The notes below the pieces were generated by a model. The model was not told the DNA's origin and ran no database searches. It saw only the letters and a program-made list of their open reading frames with translations. Shown here piece after piece: positions 1-9,702 of a stretch of DNA of 64,000 nucleotides (position 1 is the first letter of the stretch; every line of letters begins with the position of its first letter). Source of the DNA: a virus (Duplodnaviria; Caudoviricetes); IMG/VR virus record IMGVR_UViG_3300042542_006078. One strand, 5' to 3'. The translations under genes and the position numbers were made by a program.

Positions 1-495
1 AAGAAATTTTCAAAGCTTTGCTGGCATGCTGCTCACGAATTGAAGAAGAAAAACACAAACAATAATTTCATTGATGATCCTGAGGACATTAAACAAGAAT
101 TACAAATGAGCATGCTTCGTGCCGGAAGCTATTACAAGAGACAGGTTTATATTGAGAAGTGTCTTGATATTGCTAAGAAGTTCGTCGAGGACAAATTAAT
201 TTTGAAGGTTTTATTGGAACTGGAAAATCTTTGGGAAAATAGGACTAGGCATGGTGCCAATAGGCAAAAGTATGGTGCTTTCCAAGAGAATCTTCTTGAA
301 AAGATTATTCGTAATTTTGTGCCGAAGGAAAATAGGCCAAACAAGAATGCGCCTTTGAAAATGGACAGCAAGTTTGTGACTTATTGCAAGGCCATCGTAT
401 GGAATGGCCAGAAATCGATGGGCAAGAAGATCACTAGGGAAAAATCAATTCGTAGTGGTATGGTTTCTTTGAGCGAGTTTGAATTTTTGCATTGA
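1..495 (+). CDS. Sigma-factor region 2-like protein, 5'-truncated by window edge (candidate gp55-like late sigma)
   Basis: Frame is open from base 1 (KKFSKLCWHAAHELKKK...). DPEDIKQELQMSMLRA and SKFVTYCKAIVWN resemble sigma70 regions 2.2 and 2.3/2.4. Protein ends without a region 4. Confidence 0.45.
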   Translation, partial: KKFSKLCWHAAHELKKKNTNNNFIDDPEDIKQELQMSMLRAGSYYKRQVYIEKCLDIAKKFVEDKLILKVLLELENLWENRTRHGANRQKYGAFQENLLEKIIRNFVPKENRPNKNAPLKMDSKFVTYCKAIVWNGQKSMGKKITREKSIRSGMVSLSEFEFLH

Positions 496-507
496 TATCA
501 ATATAAT
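479..507 (+). promoter_or_regulatory. Sigma70-type promoter
   Basis: TTGAAT (479-484), 17 nt, TATAAT (502-507). Confidence 0.65.
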
Positions 508-511
508 ATTT

Positions 512-613
512 TGAGCGGTATAGTTTGCCATCTAATCGACAATTTATATTTTGTAACTATAATCGATAATAATCCAAATCGGTTGAGAATTATGGTGTGC
601 CGCTCATTTTTTT
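512..613 (+). ncRNA. Candidate ~100-nt structured small RNA or attenuator leader
   Basis: Starts just after the -10 box. TGAGCGGTATA (512-522) pairs with TGTGCCGCTCA (596-606); inner helices CCAT/ATGG and AATCGA/TCGGTT; T7 tract at 607-613. Confidence 0.4.
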
Positions 614-715
614 GAATTTTTTCCTCTCCCACAAAAAAATAAATTGAAAAAAAGCCTATCTTGTTTGCCATTGTTTATGGTAAGATAGTGGCATTATTGC
701 ATATGAGGTCTTGGA

Positions 716-2248
716 ATGCGTGAACTTACACCAGAAGAACAAGCTCAACTTGAGTCGATGACCGATCCAGAGGTGATCAAGCCTAAGTTTGCGTGGGATG
801 ATACATTTCAGCGCAAATTGCTTGCGATGCTTTTAACTGACGAATACATGCTTGTTCAAGCCATGGACAAAGTGAAGCCAGAGTATTTTAGCAATGAAGC
901 TCATACTCTGATCTGCAAGATACTGATTCAACATTTTACCAAGGAAAAGGTCCGTCCTAGCGAGTGGATTATTCAGCAGGAGTTGAATAATTCTTTGAAG
1001 GATAGAGACAGAACAATTCAGCTTCATTATGCGGCTGAATTGAAAAGTATTTATGATTACTACACTTCCGGTTTAGACAGTCGTGAATACCTTATTGATA
1101 AGGTGACTTACTTTGCTAAGGTTCAAGCAGTAAAGCTGGCATTTCATGCTTCTTTGGAAAAGATGCAAGAGGCACCAGAAGACGAGAAGACTTGGGGTTT
1201 TGTATACGAAAAAATGCGCCAAGCCATGCTCATTGATAGAAGTTATGAGCCCGGTCTTGAATACTTCATGAACATCGAAGAGATGTTCAAAAGAATGGAA
1301 GATGTGTTCGTAGGCAAAGAGAGGTTTACATCAGGATTTCCATCTATTGATAATGCTCTGACTGGAGGTGGTTTATTTATTGGTCAGATAGCAAGTTGGA
1401 TTGGTTTGCCCGGTACTGGAAAGTCTCTTGCTCTTGTAAAGGCTGCTGTTGAAAATGTTCTTTTGGGACACAAGGTTCTTTACATCACATTGGAAATGGA
1501 TGAACTTGGTATTGTTCAGCGTTTTACAAGTCAATTTGCGAAAAAGGACATCAATAACCTTAGGCAGATGAAAGAAGAAATCAAAGAGACGATAGAAGAA
1601 TTCAAGAAAGACAAAGTTGATCCTAACCTTTTGCATGTCAAACAATTTCCCGGTGGCCAACTTGATGTCAATGGCATCAGAGCATATATGGCACAATTAG
1701 AGCTTCGTGGATGGAAGCCAAATGTGCTTATTGTTGACTATGTTGGCGAAATGAAAGATGATCCTTCCGTCAAGAAATATGAATCTGCATATCGTATTCT
1801 TCGTGATCTAAGGGGATTTGGTGTTGAAAAAGGACATGTAACATTTACATGTGTGCAGCCAAATCAGACTGCGGCAAAGTTGGAAATTGGGCAATATATT
1901 GACGAATCCAATATCGGCACAAGCTTTGACCAGTTCAAGCCATTGGATGCTTTTTGGTCAATTAACCAGCAAGTTCTCGAAAAAGATGCCGAGGTTGGAA
2001 GAATTTTTGTCATTAAGCACAGAAATGGTCGATCAAGATTTAGCTTTAAGATTGGATTTGATTATAAGATTGGTACATTGGACATGTTTGAAATTAGCAA
2101 GGATACATATCGTGAGCGCATGAACTTAGTACAAGAGAAGAAAGCGGAAGAAGTTACTATGGACAATGTGGGCGATGCTTCATCCGGTGGAAAAAAGCAG
2201 CGCAGCAAGAAAGGTTTCAATCCAGAAAACGACACATACGAGGCTTAA
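716..2248 (+). CDS. dnaB: Replicative DNA helicase (DnaB/T4 gp41-like)
   Basis: Walker A GLPGTGKS, YITLEM, Walker B LIVDY, TCVQPN, KHRNGR. Confidence 0.9.
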   Translation: MRELTPEEQAQLESMTDPEVIKPKFAWDDTFQRKLLAMLLTDEYMLVQAMDKVKPEYFSNEAHTLICKILIQHFTKEKVRPSEWIIQQELNNSLKDRDRTIQLHYAAELKSIYDYYTSGLDSREYLIDKVTYFAKVQAVKLAFHASLEKMQEAPEDEKTWGFVYEKMRQAMLIDRSYEPGLEYFMNIEEMFKRMEDVFVGKERFTSGFPSIDNALTGGGLFIGQIASWIGLPGTGKSLALVKAAVENVLLGHKVLYITLEMDELGIVQRFTSQFAKKDINNLRQMKEEIKETIEEFKKDKVDPNLLHVKQFPGGQLDVNGIRAYMAQLELRGWKPNVLIVDYVGEMKDDPSVKKYESAYRILRDLRGFGVEKGHVTFTCVQPNQTAAKLEIGQYIDESNIGTSFDQFKPLDAFWSINQQVLEKDAEVGRIFVIKHRNGRSRFSFKIGFDYKIGTLDMFEISKDTYRERMNLVQEKKAEEVTMDNVGDASSGGKKQRSKKGFNPENDTYEA

Positions 2249-2249
2249 A

Positions 2250-2423
2250 ATGGCAAAGTTCAAGGTTTTCGAGAATATTCTCAATGAGTATGTCAATCAT
2301 CCTACTCAGGTTTTCGTAGAAGAAATTGAGGCTTCTTCTCCAGAAGAAGCAATTCAGTTTATAAGAATGATGCATCCAAACAAGGGAATGTTGACAGTTA
2401 ACGGTCAGCAATACGAGGGGTAA
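2250..2423 (+). CDS. Small hypothetical protein
   Basis: ATG 1 nt after helicase stop with GAGG upstream; operonic. Confidence 0.6.
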   Translation: MAKFKVFENILNEYVNHPTQVFVEEIEASSPEEAIQFIRMMHPNKGMLTVNGQQYEG

Positions 2424-2425
2424 AA

Positions 2426-2920
2426 ATGGCTAATGAAGCACCTATTGAAAAGGTGTCGGTTGTTGTTCAGGGTCGAAGAATTGTTCTTGACCCTGAAAAC
2501 ATGAAGTATAATGAAAATAATTTGCCTGAATACATGAGCAAGGAATACGGGTGGATAGATTATTTAGGCAAACAGCTTGAGTATGCACAGAAAGAAGTGC
2601 TTTTGGCTGAGATTGATGCCGAGTCAGTTTATAGTTCCAAATTCATGGAATCTAAGGACACCGGCAATTCAGACAATTATGCCAAGGCTTATTCCAACAG
2701 TCATGTTGATGTTGTTGCTGCCAAAAAAAATGTTGTCGAGCGCAAAGAAGCTGTTGGTCATTTGAGGGCACATCTTGCTGCTTGGAGCAAGAATCATGAA
2801 AATGCCCAGAACAGAGGTCATACAATCAGAGCCGAAATGAAGGTTTTGAATCGTGACATTTATGAAACACCAGAAGAAAACAAAAGTGTTTCTTTTGAGG
2901 AATATCTTAAATCAAATTGA
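2426..2920 (+). CDS. UvsY-like recombination mediator
   Basis: Helical protein of UvsY-like size next to the helicase; resemblance only. Confidence 0.45.
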   Translation: MANEAPIEKVSVVVQGRRIVLDPENMKYNENNLPEYMSKEYGWIDYLGKQLEYAQKEVLLAEIDAESVYSSKFMESKDTGNSDNYAKAYSNSHVDVVAAKKNVVERKEAVGHLRAHLAAWSKNHENAQNRGHTIRAEMKVLNRDIYETPEENKSVSFEEYLKSN

Positions 2921-2983
2921 CAATTATTTCCATTTTTGTCACAATCTTTCATACGCAACTGACAACCATGGAAGGGGTTAAAA

Positions 2984-3505
2984 ATGTCTGAATCCACTAT
3001 ACGCTGGCTTCGTCAAAGTGACTTAGAACAAATAGTAGAGATTGAAGAACAGACATTTCCCCATCCTTGGGATATGCAAGATTTTGAAATTTGTCTTAGA
3101 AAGAAAAATGCATTTGGAGTTGTGCAGATTCTTGATGAAAAAGTCATAGGTTATATGATTTTTCAATGCACATCCAAGTCATATAACATACTCAGCATTG
3201 CCGTTGATCCAAAACATCAAAAATGTGGAAATGGCAGGAAAATGATTGAATATGTTAAAAATAAAATAAGAGCATCAACTGAAGGTCCAAAAAATCAAAT
3301 TATTTTGATTGTAAGTGATCAAAACCTTGTTTGTCATAAATTCTTGAAGTCTCTTGATTTTGTTGCCACTAAAATAAACAAAGACTATTTTGGACCAGAT
3401 CATGATGCTTATCATTTTGTCATGGACATGAGAGATCAGAAGAAGATTAAAGTAAAAAAAAAGGGAAGGACTGGTAAGGTAAAAGATGTCGATAAAATGG
3501 AATAA
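2984..3505 (+). CDS. RimI-like GNAT N-acetyltransferase
   Basis: IRWLRQSDLEQIVEIE, FPHPW, ILSIAVDPKHQKCGNG acetyl-CoA motif, YFGPDHDAY. Confidence 0.85.
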   Translation: MSESTIRWLRQSDLEQIVEIEEQTFPHPWDMQDFEICLRKKNAFGVVQILDEKVIGYMIFQCTSKSYNILSIAVDPKHQKCGNGRKMIEYVKNKIRASTEGPKNQIILIVSDQNLVCHKFLKSLDFVATKINKDYFGPDHDAYHFVMDMRDQKKIKVKKKGRTGKVKDVDKME

Positions 3506-3914
3506 GTGGTTTTTGGGTCTAGCCGAATACATTTCGACAGCATCTAAAGACCCAAGCACCAAGGTTGGAGCGGTAATTGTCGATGATGATAGAAGAGTTG
3601 TTTCAACTGGTTACAATGGCTTTCCAAGAGGCATACAGGACACCGAAGAAAGGCTCAACAACCGTGATTTGAAATATTCCATTATTGTTCATGCTGAGAG
3701 GAATGCTCTTCTTTTCGCAAGGGGATCAGTCAAGGGATGCACAATATATACTTATCCAATGATGCCATGTTCAGTTTGTGCTTCGATGATAATTCAATCT
3801 GGAATCAAGAAGGTAGTTTCTCCAAATAGCGACAATCCAAGATGGAAGGATCATATAGAGCTTTCTTTGGTTCTTTTTAGGGAAGCGGGAGTCGAAGTGG
3901 AATTCGTTGACTAA
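3486..3914 (+). CDS. dCMP deaminase
   Basis: SKDPSTKVGA, GYNG, HAERNA and PCSVC zinc motifs. Confidence 0.95.
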   Translation: MSIKWNKWFLGLAEYISTASKDPSTKVGAVIVDDDRRVVSTGYNGFPRGIQDTEERLNNRDLKYSIIVHAERNALLFARGSVKGCTIYTYPMMPCSVCASMIIQSGIKKVVSPNSDNPRWKDHIELSLVLFREAGVEVEFVD

Positions 3915-4510
3915 CAAGACCATATTTTCATTTGTTTTTCGTATTTAACAATTTGTTTGCAGTAGAAATTAATTACTTGTTTTTTCAAGATGTTTTTCCA
4001 TTCATTTCTTCCAATTTGTGTTGTTATGATTGGCTTGTTTTTATTTGATATTTGAATTTGCCCATAACCTAAGGCACCGATGCTTAGGCAATTCCAGTCT
4101 AATTCCCAAATTGGAATAATTTTAATTTCTGCTATTTCTACTTTTCCTTCTTTTCTTTTGTAATCAATAAATATGTAATTTAATGTTAGTTCTTCATCCT
4201 TGAGTAATTTTATCAGTCTTTTGACTGAAATTAAATTAGGCATAGAAAAGCCTGATTCGTTGATGTGATGCGACTTTATGTCGAATAAGTGTTTGATTTT
4301 ATCAACAGAGATGGAAAAGTCGTCTACTGATTTTTTACTTTTTGATTTGGTGAATTGGGCCTGATATTGATTTGAGATTATTTTTGATGAAAGGTGTTCA
4401 ATCATATCTCCGACAGCACGATGAGAAAGAGATTCATCTGCCATAAAAGGAAGAAGATGAGAATGCAATAAGTTTTGTATGTCTTGATTCAAATTCATCA
4501 AATAATCCAT
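3911..4510 (-). CDS. HincII/EcoRV-like PD-(D/E)xK endonuclease
   Basis: VGDMIE...SVDD...FDIKS...MPNLISVKRL resembles the HincII DVKT...APNIISAYKL pattern (from memory). Confidence 0.55.
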   Translation of the reverse strand: MDYLMNLNQDIQNLLHSHLLPFMADESLSHRAVGDMIEHLSSKIISNQYQAQFTKSKSKKSVDDFSISVDKIKHLFDIKSHHINESGFSMPNLISVKRLIKLLKDEELTLNYIFIDYKRKEGKVEIAEIKIIPIWELDWNCLSIGALGYGQIQISNKNKPIITTQIGRNEWKNILKKQVINFYCKQIVKYEKQMKIWSC

Positions 4511-4522
4511 CTTTTTTTAATT

Positions 4523-5503
4523 TTAAGTTTTATGATTCATGAATTCCAGTTTTTTGGTTTTTTCAACAACTTTTTTGAATGATTGCATGATTTGTTGGCT
4601 TGTTAATTCAGTCATGCATGGTTTGACATTTTGCTTTGATTTTGGGCATTGTATAAACATGAAGCATGGTCCGCATTCCCAGTCGCCATTGTCTTTGTGT
4701 TTTTGAACAAGTTCAAAATCAAAGTATTTGCCGTAAACTTTTCCATTTGTGAAAGAGAAAATACCAACTAGAGGTTTTTTCAATGCTCCTGCTATGTGGA
4801 ATGTTCCTGTGTCGATTGAAATTACATATTCTGCTGCTTCAACAAGACCTACCCAAGACTCTAATTCGATGTTTATAAATTGTGGTATATTCATCATTTG
4901 GAATATTTCGATTGATGAATCATGAATTGTAAAAACAAAATATCCTTCTTCTTGTAGAAGCTTACATGTTTCGTAAATTTGTTGATCTGTAAGGCTTTTT
5001 GCTTGTCCGAATTCACAAGTTGTTGATTTGGTGACGAATAATACAGTTGGGAGTTTTTTATCGTTAATTGAATTGAGTGCTTCTTTATATATTTCAATAT
5101 TTTTTGCTTGAAGGTGACATTTGTGATTGTTCAGTTTTACTCCACAATGTCTTGCCCATATATCGCTTCTGTGTAGAGTATTTGATCCTAAGTGCATGCT
5201 TTCGTGTACTCTGCATGCGGTACTAATGTCATATATGATTCCATATTCTCGTTCTTTTATTTTTTCAATTGGGATTGTTTTTGCAAAAGGTTGATCTGAT
5301 GCCAGTTGTAAGTATTTTTGAGGACAGCAATAATGTAAATCAATTTCTGAAAATGTTGTACTAAAATCTTCAAACATCATCCTTTGCATGACGATGTCAC
5401 CATATCCTCCGTATTTTCTTTTAATTAGAACTTTATTGCGACGAATGAAGTGTTCCTTCAATGTAATTGGATTTATTTGTTTTTTCTTTACATAGCGGAA
5501 CAT
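4523..5503 (-). CDS. GT9-like (heptosyltransferase-like) glycosyltransferase
   Basis: GGYGDIV and VISIDTGTFHIAGALKKPLVGIFS. Confidence 0.85.
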   Translation of the reverse strand: MFRYVKKKQINPITLKEHFIRRNKVLIKRKYGGYGDIVMQRMMFEDFSTTFSEIDLHYCCPQKYLQLASDQPFAKTIPIEKIKEREYGIIYDISTACRVHESMHLGSNTLHRSDIWARHCGVKLNNHKCHLQAKNIEIYKEALNSINDKKLPTVLFVTKSTTCEFGQAKSLTDQQIYETCKLLQEEGYFVFTIHDSSIEIFQMMNIPQFINIELESWVGLVEAAEYVISIDTGTFHIAGALKKPLVGIFSFTNGKVYGKYFDFELVQKHKDNGDWECGPCFMFIQCPKSKQNVKPCMTELTSQQIMQSFKKVVEKTKKLEFMNHKT

Positions 5504-5698
5504 AAATATGGTGTCTCTTCCGTACTACCTCAATTTATTTCAATTATAAATGTTCAGGATGTCTGTATGGATACCAGATCATTTTGAAGTAAAAGAAAGA
5601 CCCAATACAGGAGCGGGATGCTTTATGGCAGCGTTCAAGGGAAATTCCAAAGTTTATGCAACAAACTTAGGTTGAGACAAGGGGGCCAATCGTGTTGA

Positions 5699-6835
5699 TT
5701 AAGCCCCCTGATTCATAAATGTCTTCCACTTTGACAATGCTGAACCTATAGTCTGATCTATGTCCAAATACTTGTATTCTCCTAGTCTACCTCCAAATGT
5801 AACATCGTTGTGATTTATTTTCAGATTAGCATATTTGTTGTAAATGAAACTGTTCTTTTCATCCCTTATTGGGTAGTAAGGTTCAGGATGGTCTTTGAAT
5901 GATATTGGTATGTCAAAACTCACAACTGTTTCTTCTTTTTCTTGATTTTTTGTTTCATAATGTTTTGGCGTTTCATTGTGGAAATGCTTGTGTTCAATGC
6001 TTCTGATGTATGGTTTTGATCCATCTACATGGTTGAAAACTGCCGTTCCTTGGTAGTCGCCATAGAATGTCTTGTGTTCAAAAGTTAAAGTGTTGTATTC
6101 CAAGAATCCGTACTCATAATCGTAAAATTTATCTATTGGTCCTGTGTAAACAAGATGATTGGCGTAATCTCTCCATTTGTTTCTCATGGTGAAAAAGTCA
6201 ACTCCAAGATTGATATCGATTCCATCAAGCATTTTTCTAATTGTTTGGGAATATCCTTCTTTTGGCATTCCTTGATATTTTGTTGTAAAATAATTTTCTT
6301 CGTAAGTTAGTCTTATTGGAAGTCTTTGAATGATGGAGGCAGGTAGTTCGGATGGTTCCTTTAGCCATTGCTTTTTTGTGTAGTGATAGAAAAATAAATC
6401 ATAAATTTCACGACCAACCCTGTCCAAAGCCCATTCTTCAAAGTTTCTTGGATTATCGCAAGGAATTCTTACTTCTTGCAGTTTTCTTTGAGCATCTTCT
6501 GGTGTGACAACTCCCCACAATTGGTGAAGTGTCATCATGTTGATTGGGAAAGAGAAAACTTTGCCTTGAGACAAAGCCTTGGGTTTGTTGATGTAAGGAA
6601 TTATTTTTGTGAATTTATTGATGAATTCCCAAACTTCTTCACTTTGAGTGTGGAATATATGCGCTCCATATTCGCTAACCAATATTCCGTTCTGCCATCT
6701 TTTGTCATAAGTTGCTCCAGCAATGTGGTTATTTTTGTCTATGACAAGGCATTTTTTTCCTGCATCTGTTGCCTTGCGGGCAAAGGTAGAACCGAAAAAA
6801 CCAGATCCAACTATGAGAAAATCATACTTTGCCAT
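5699..6835 (-). CDS. glf: UDP-galactopyranose mutase
   Basis: IVGSGFFG FAD motif, YGAHIFHT, GGRLGEYKYLDIDQTI; start refined to MAKYDF. Confidence 0.95.
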   Translation of the reverse strand: MAKYDFLIVGSGFFGSTFARKATDAGKKCLVIDKNNHIAGATYDKRWQNGILVSEYGAHIFHTQSEEVWEFINKFTKIIPYINKPKALSQGKVFSFPINMMTLHQLWGVVTPEDAQRKLQEVRIPCDNPRNFEEWALDRVGREIYDLFFYHYTKKQWLKEPSELPASIIQRLPIRLTYEENYFTTKYQGMPKEGYSQTIRKMLDGIDINLGVDFFTMRNKWRDYANHLVYTGPIDKFYDYEYGFLEYNTLTFEHKTFYGDYQGTAVFNHVDGSKPYIRSIEHKHFHNETPKHYETKNQEKEETVVSFDIPISFKDHPEPYYPIRDEKNSFIYNKYANLKINHNDVTFGGRLGEYKYLDIDQTIGSALSKWKTFMNQGA

Positions 6836-7707
6836 TATTTTTCCTCTCTGAGATAATCGCTTATACGACCAGCAAGGTAGGCATCGCAATATTCTTTTTG
6901 TGAACTCCATCCAAATTCATAATGTTCTTTGTTGCCTAAGAAACCTGTAACCCAAAAGTCGATATTATTTTCCATTCTGTATCCCCAAGAGGTGAATGTT
7001 TTTACTTTTGCGGCTGGTCCCCATATGGCGCTCCAACTATCACAAGCCAAAACCAAATCTGCTTCGTAAATTGTAAAAGCCAACGATTCCAGAATCGACC
7101 ATGAACCTATTTTGTTAATTGTCTTCTCTATTGTTTCTTTTTTCATGCATGATTGATATGGATCGTTTGGTCCTCCAACCATTAATATTTTGAAACCTTT
7201 TTCATGAAGAATGTTTACACATCTATCCCATGTAGGCACATACCAGTCCAAAAACTGCTGAGGCTTCATCTCAAGGCTTACTGGTTGCAGAACTGCAACT
7301 TTTTCATTTTGCTTTTTTTCTGGTATGTACTTTCTTAAATCAACCCATTCCTTGATGTCATGACTGTTGCGAAAGTTCATTGGCTGGAATATTTTACAAT
7401 TATATTTTTTACTGAAATAAAATGAACTGTCATTGTCGTAGTCGATGTCATATTCAATTTTTTTGATGAAATTACAAGAATCAAGAATTGTCTTAACATT
7501 TTGGCAACTTTTTTTCACTTTGCCGTGCGATTTGAATATTGGGGATGTGTGGACGATTGTTGATTGGAGATTTCTCTCTGTCATTGCGATATTGGCTCTG
7601 CACAGGTTAAGTCCTGTATCTCCAATCGCTCCTGTTTCAAAGTAAATATGTAGGTCTTCCATTACTCTGATAAAGTTTAGGAGTGCAAAAAGTGATACAT
7701 GAAACAA
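6835..7707 (-). CDS. GT9-like glycosyltransferase
   Basis: GAIGDTGL and ADLVLACDSWSAIWG; likely start 7662. Confidence 0.65.
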   Translation of the reverse strand: MFHVSLFALLNFIRVMEDLHIYFETGAIGDTGLNLCRANIAMTERNLQSTIVHTSPIFKSHGKVKKSCQNVKTILDSCNFIKKIEYDIDYDNDSSFYFSKKYNCKIFQPMNFRNSHDIKEWVDLRKYIPEKKQNEKVAVLQPVSLEMKPQQFLDWYVPTWDRCVNILHEKGFKILMVGGPNDPYQSCMKKETIEKTINKIGSWSILESLAFTIYEADLVLACDSWSAIWGPAAKVKTFTSWGYRMENNIDFWVTGFLGNKEHYEFGWSSQKEYCDAYLAGRISDYLREEK

Positions 7708-8325
7708 ATTGAACTCGAATATTTGAAAAAAAAAGTTGATGTCGATCTAAAAAAACAACTCATAAGCGGTCGTGTTTTGCTAGACAGATATTGCATGATT
7801 GATGAGTTATCTAGAAAATCGCCTTCTTATTGCGATCCTAATTATGCTGGATTTTACTATCATTTGGGTAAGTATATTTCTCCAAACAGTTTGATGGAAT
7901 TTGGTTTTGATTTGGGTCTTTTCTCTGCGTGTTTCATGATTTCTTGCAAGACCGTGAAGAATTATTTTGCATTTAGGGAGAGCGATGGTTCTTTCTTTTC
8001 AGAAAGAATTGGTGCTAGGAATATAAGAAGATCATACAAGGGTAATTCAAAATATCACTATGGTTCTATTCATGATGATGTTTTTGACAAAGTTTTTGAA
8101 AATAGATGGGATATGGTAATTTTTTCTGTTGAAGAAAAATACGACAAACAACTTCAGTATTTTGAATTTGTTTGGCCTCACTTAAATGAAAATGCAATAA
8201 TGGTTTGTGACAACATAAGAAGAAATCAGGCTACCAAAGATGCATTTGAGGCATTTGCGTTTAGCAAAAATAGAGAGTCTTGTTTCTTCAACACAAGGCA
8301 TGGAACAATGATTTTGCAAAAATAA
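7699..8325 (+). CDS. Class I SAM-dependent methyltransferase (Methyltransf_24-like)
   Basis: LMEFGFDLGLFS, WDMVIFS, WPHLNENAIMVCDN. Confidence 0.6.
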   Translation: MKQIELEYLKKKVDVDLKKQLISGRVLLDRYCMIDELSRKSPSYCDPNYAGFYYHLGKYISPNSLMEFGFDLGLFSACFMISCKTVKNYFAFRESDGSFFSERIGARNIRRSYKGNSKYHYGSIHDDVFDKVFENRWDMVIFSVEEKYDKQLQYFEFVWPHLNENAIMVCDNIRRNQATKDAFEAFAFSKNRESCFFNTRHGTMILQK

Positions 8326-8350
8326 ATGGCTATTAGACTAATTTATTATA

Positions 8351-9136
8351 TTGGGCAGGAGGGTTATCGTGGGATTTGAATGCATATATCACTATCATGA
8401 AAAAGTTGATGGAGATTACGATAGGCAGGAAACGAAAACCTTCAAGAAAAAGGTTGGCGATCCATTTGATGATGTTAGTTTGGAAAGGTTGGCCGCTTCA
8501 ATTATGGCTCAGATGGCAAGAAGAGACATTTGGATCACGGATGTCGAAATTTTTGAGTTGAGCAAAAAGGCCGTAAGCTTCAAAGAATCAAAAGGCGGAA
8601 TCATCATAAAGAACAAAAAGTTTTTGTTTGATGGTGGTGGAGAAGAATCTTTTATAACTGTCGAAGAAATAATTCAAACAAGTCCTTCTCAAAATCCTCA
8701 ATATACAGTTAGCGAATTTCAACAGGCATCAAATACTTCAATGCCTATTCAGCAATTATCAGCGGCTGCTGTTCATCCTCATAATCAGCAAAAACCTTCT
8801 CAACAGACAAGAAAAACAGTTGACCAGATGGTTTATTTGCCTGAACCCATGCATTTGCATACAGCCAAACAGAAAAACCTGCGTTTTACTGTCAACAAGA
8901 GGTATCCTATTTTTGAAAAGCGCCCATCACCAAATGGGGGAGAGATTTTTGTCACTCAAGATGACACAGGAAGAGAACAAATGGTTTCGGATGTTTACTT
9001 TGTTCCAGCAAACATCAACCTTATTGCGGACAGAGAGCTTGGTTTTAGTGAAACCAAAGAAGAAAAAGATGGGGGCAACCTCTATTGGGGAAACGCAGCA
9101 AGAGATCCCGGTATGCCTGATTTAAGAAGGAAATAA
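8351..9136 (+). CDS. Hypothetical protein
   Basis: 261-aa ORF in operon orientation. Confidence 0.7.
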   Translation: MGRRVIVGFECIYHYHEKVDGDYDRQETKTFKKKVGDPFDDVSLERLAASIMAQMARRDIWITDVEIFELSKKAVSFKESKGGIIIKNKKFLFDGGGEESFITVEEIIQTSPSQNPQYTVSEFQQASNTSMPIQQLSAAAVHPHNQQKPSQQTRKTVDQMVYLPEPMHLHTAKQKNLRFTVNKRYPIFEKRPSPNGGEIFVTQDDTGREQMVSDVYFVPANINLIADRELGFSETKEEKDGGNLYWGNAARDPGMPDLRRK

Positions 9137-9140
9137 TGAC

Positions 9141-9605
9141 ATGTCACTATCAAGAAAAGATATTCAAAAGAGAAAAGAGCGTGAGAACGCCGTCAGGAAG
9201 AAGGTTCTTGATAGGCGTGAAGAAATACGCAAAGAAAGGAAACTTGTAGAGGATGAAAGGAAAAAGGATAAAGAAATGTTTCTCCTAGAACATGGACATA
9301 TTCCAGCCGCTCTTCCCGGCAACCCAGAATTGGCAGAAGCCAAAAAGGCAGAAAGGGAAAAAAAAGTGAGCGAAAAATTAAAACGAAATCTAGCCATCTT
9401 GAAAAATCTTGAGCAGGAATACGAACAGGAACAAGCTGCAAGAACCAATTTGAACAGCCAACTTGAGGAAGAAGGATACCATTCCATGAAAGAAAAAATG
9501 GATGCCCTTCACGCCAAAGCCTTGAAAATGCAAAAGGTAGTGGAAGACCTCGATGAAGCAGCAAGCAAATCAGGCAAGACAGAAGACTCTTTACAACAAA
9601 AATAA
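9141..9605 (+). CDS. Coiled-coil hypothetical protein
   Basis: Charged helical 154-aa ORF. Confidence 0.7.
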   Translation: MSLSRKDIQKRKERENAVRKKVLDRREEIRKERKLVEDERKKDKEMFLLEHGHIPAALPGNPELAEAKKAEREKKVSEKLKRNLAILKNLEQEYEQEQAARTNLNSQLEEEGYHSMKEKMDALHAKALKMQKVVEDLDEAASKSGKTEDSLQQK

Positions 9606-9632
9606 AATTTTCAGATTTATATCAATTTTTGG

Positions 9633-9698
9633 GCCTCATCTGGTGATAATAGGTTTGTGACGGCATCATCACCATCACATTACTTTTTACCATGAGGC
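9633..9698 (+). promoter_or_regulatory. Structured leader sequestering the SSB ribosome-binding site
   Basis: GCCTCAT (9633-9639) pairs with ATGAGGC (9692-9698, contains GAGG); nested TGGTGAT/ATCACCA. Confidence 0.45.
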
Positions 9699-9702
9699 TA
9701 CT

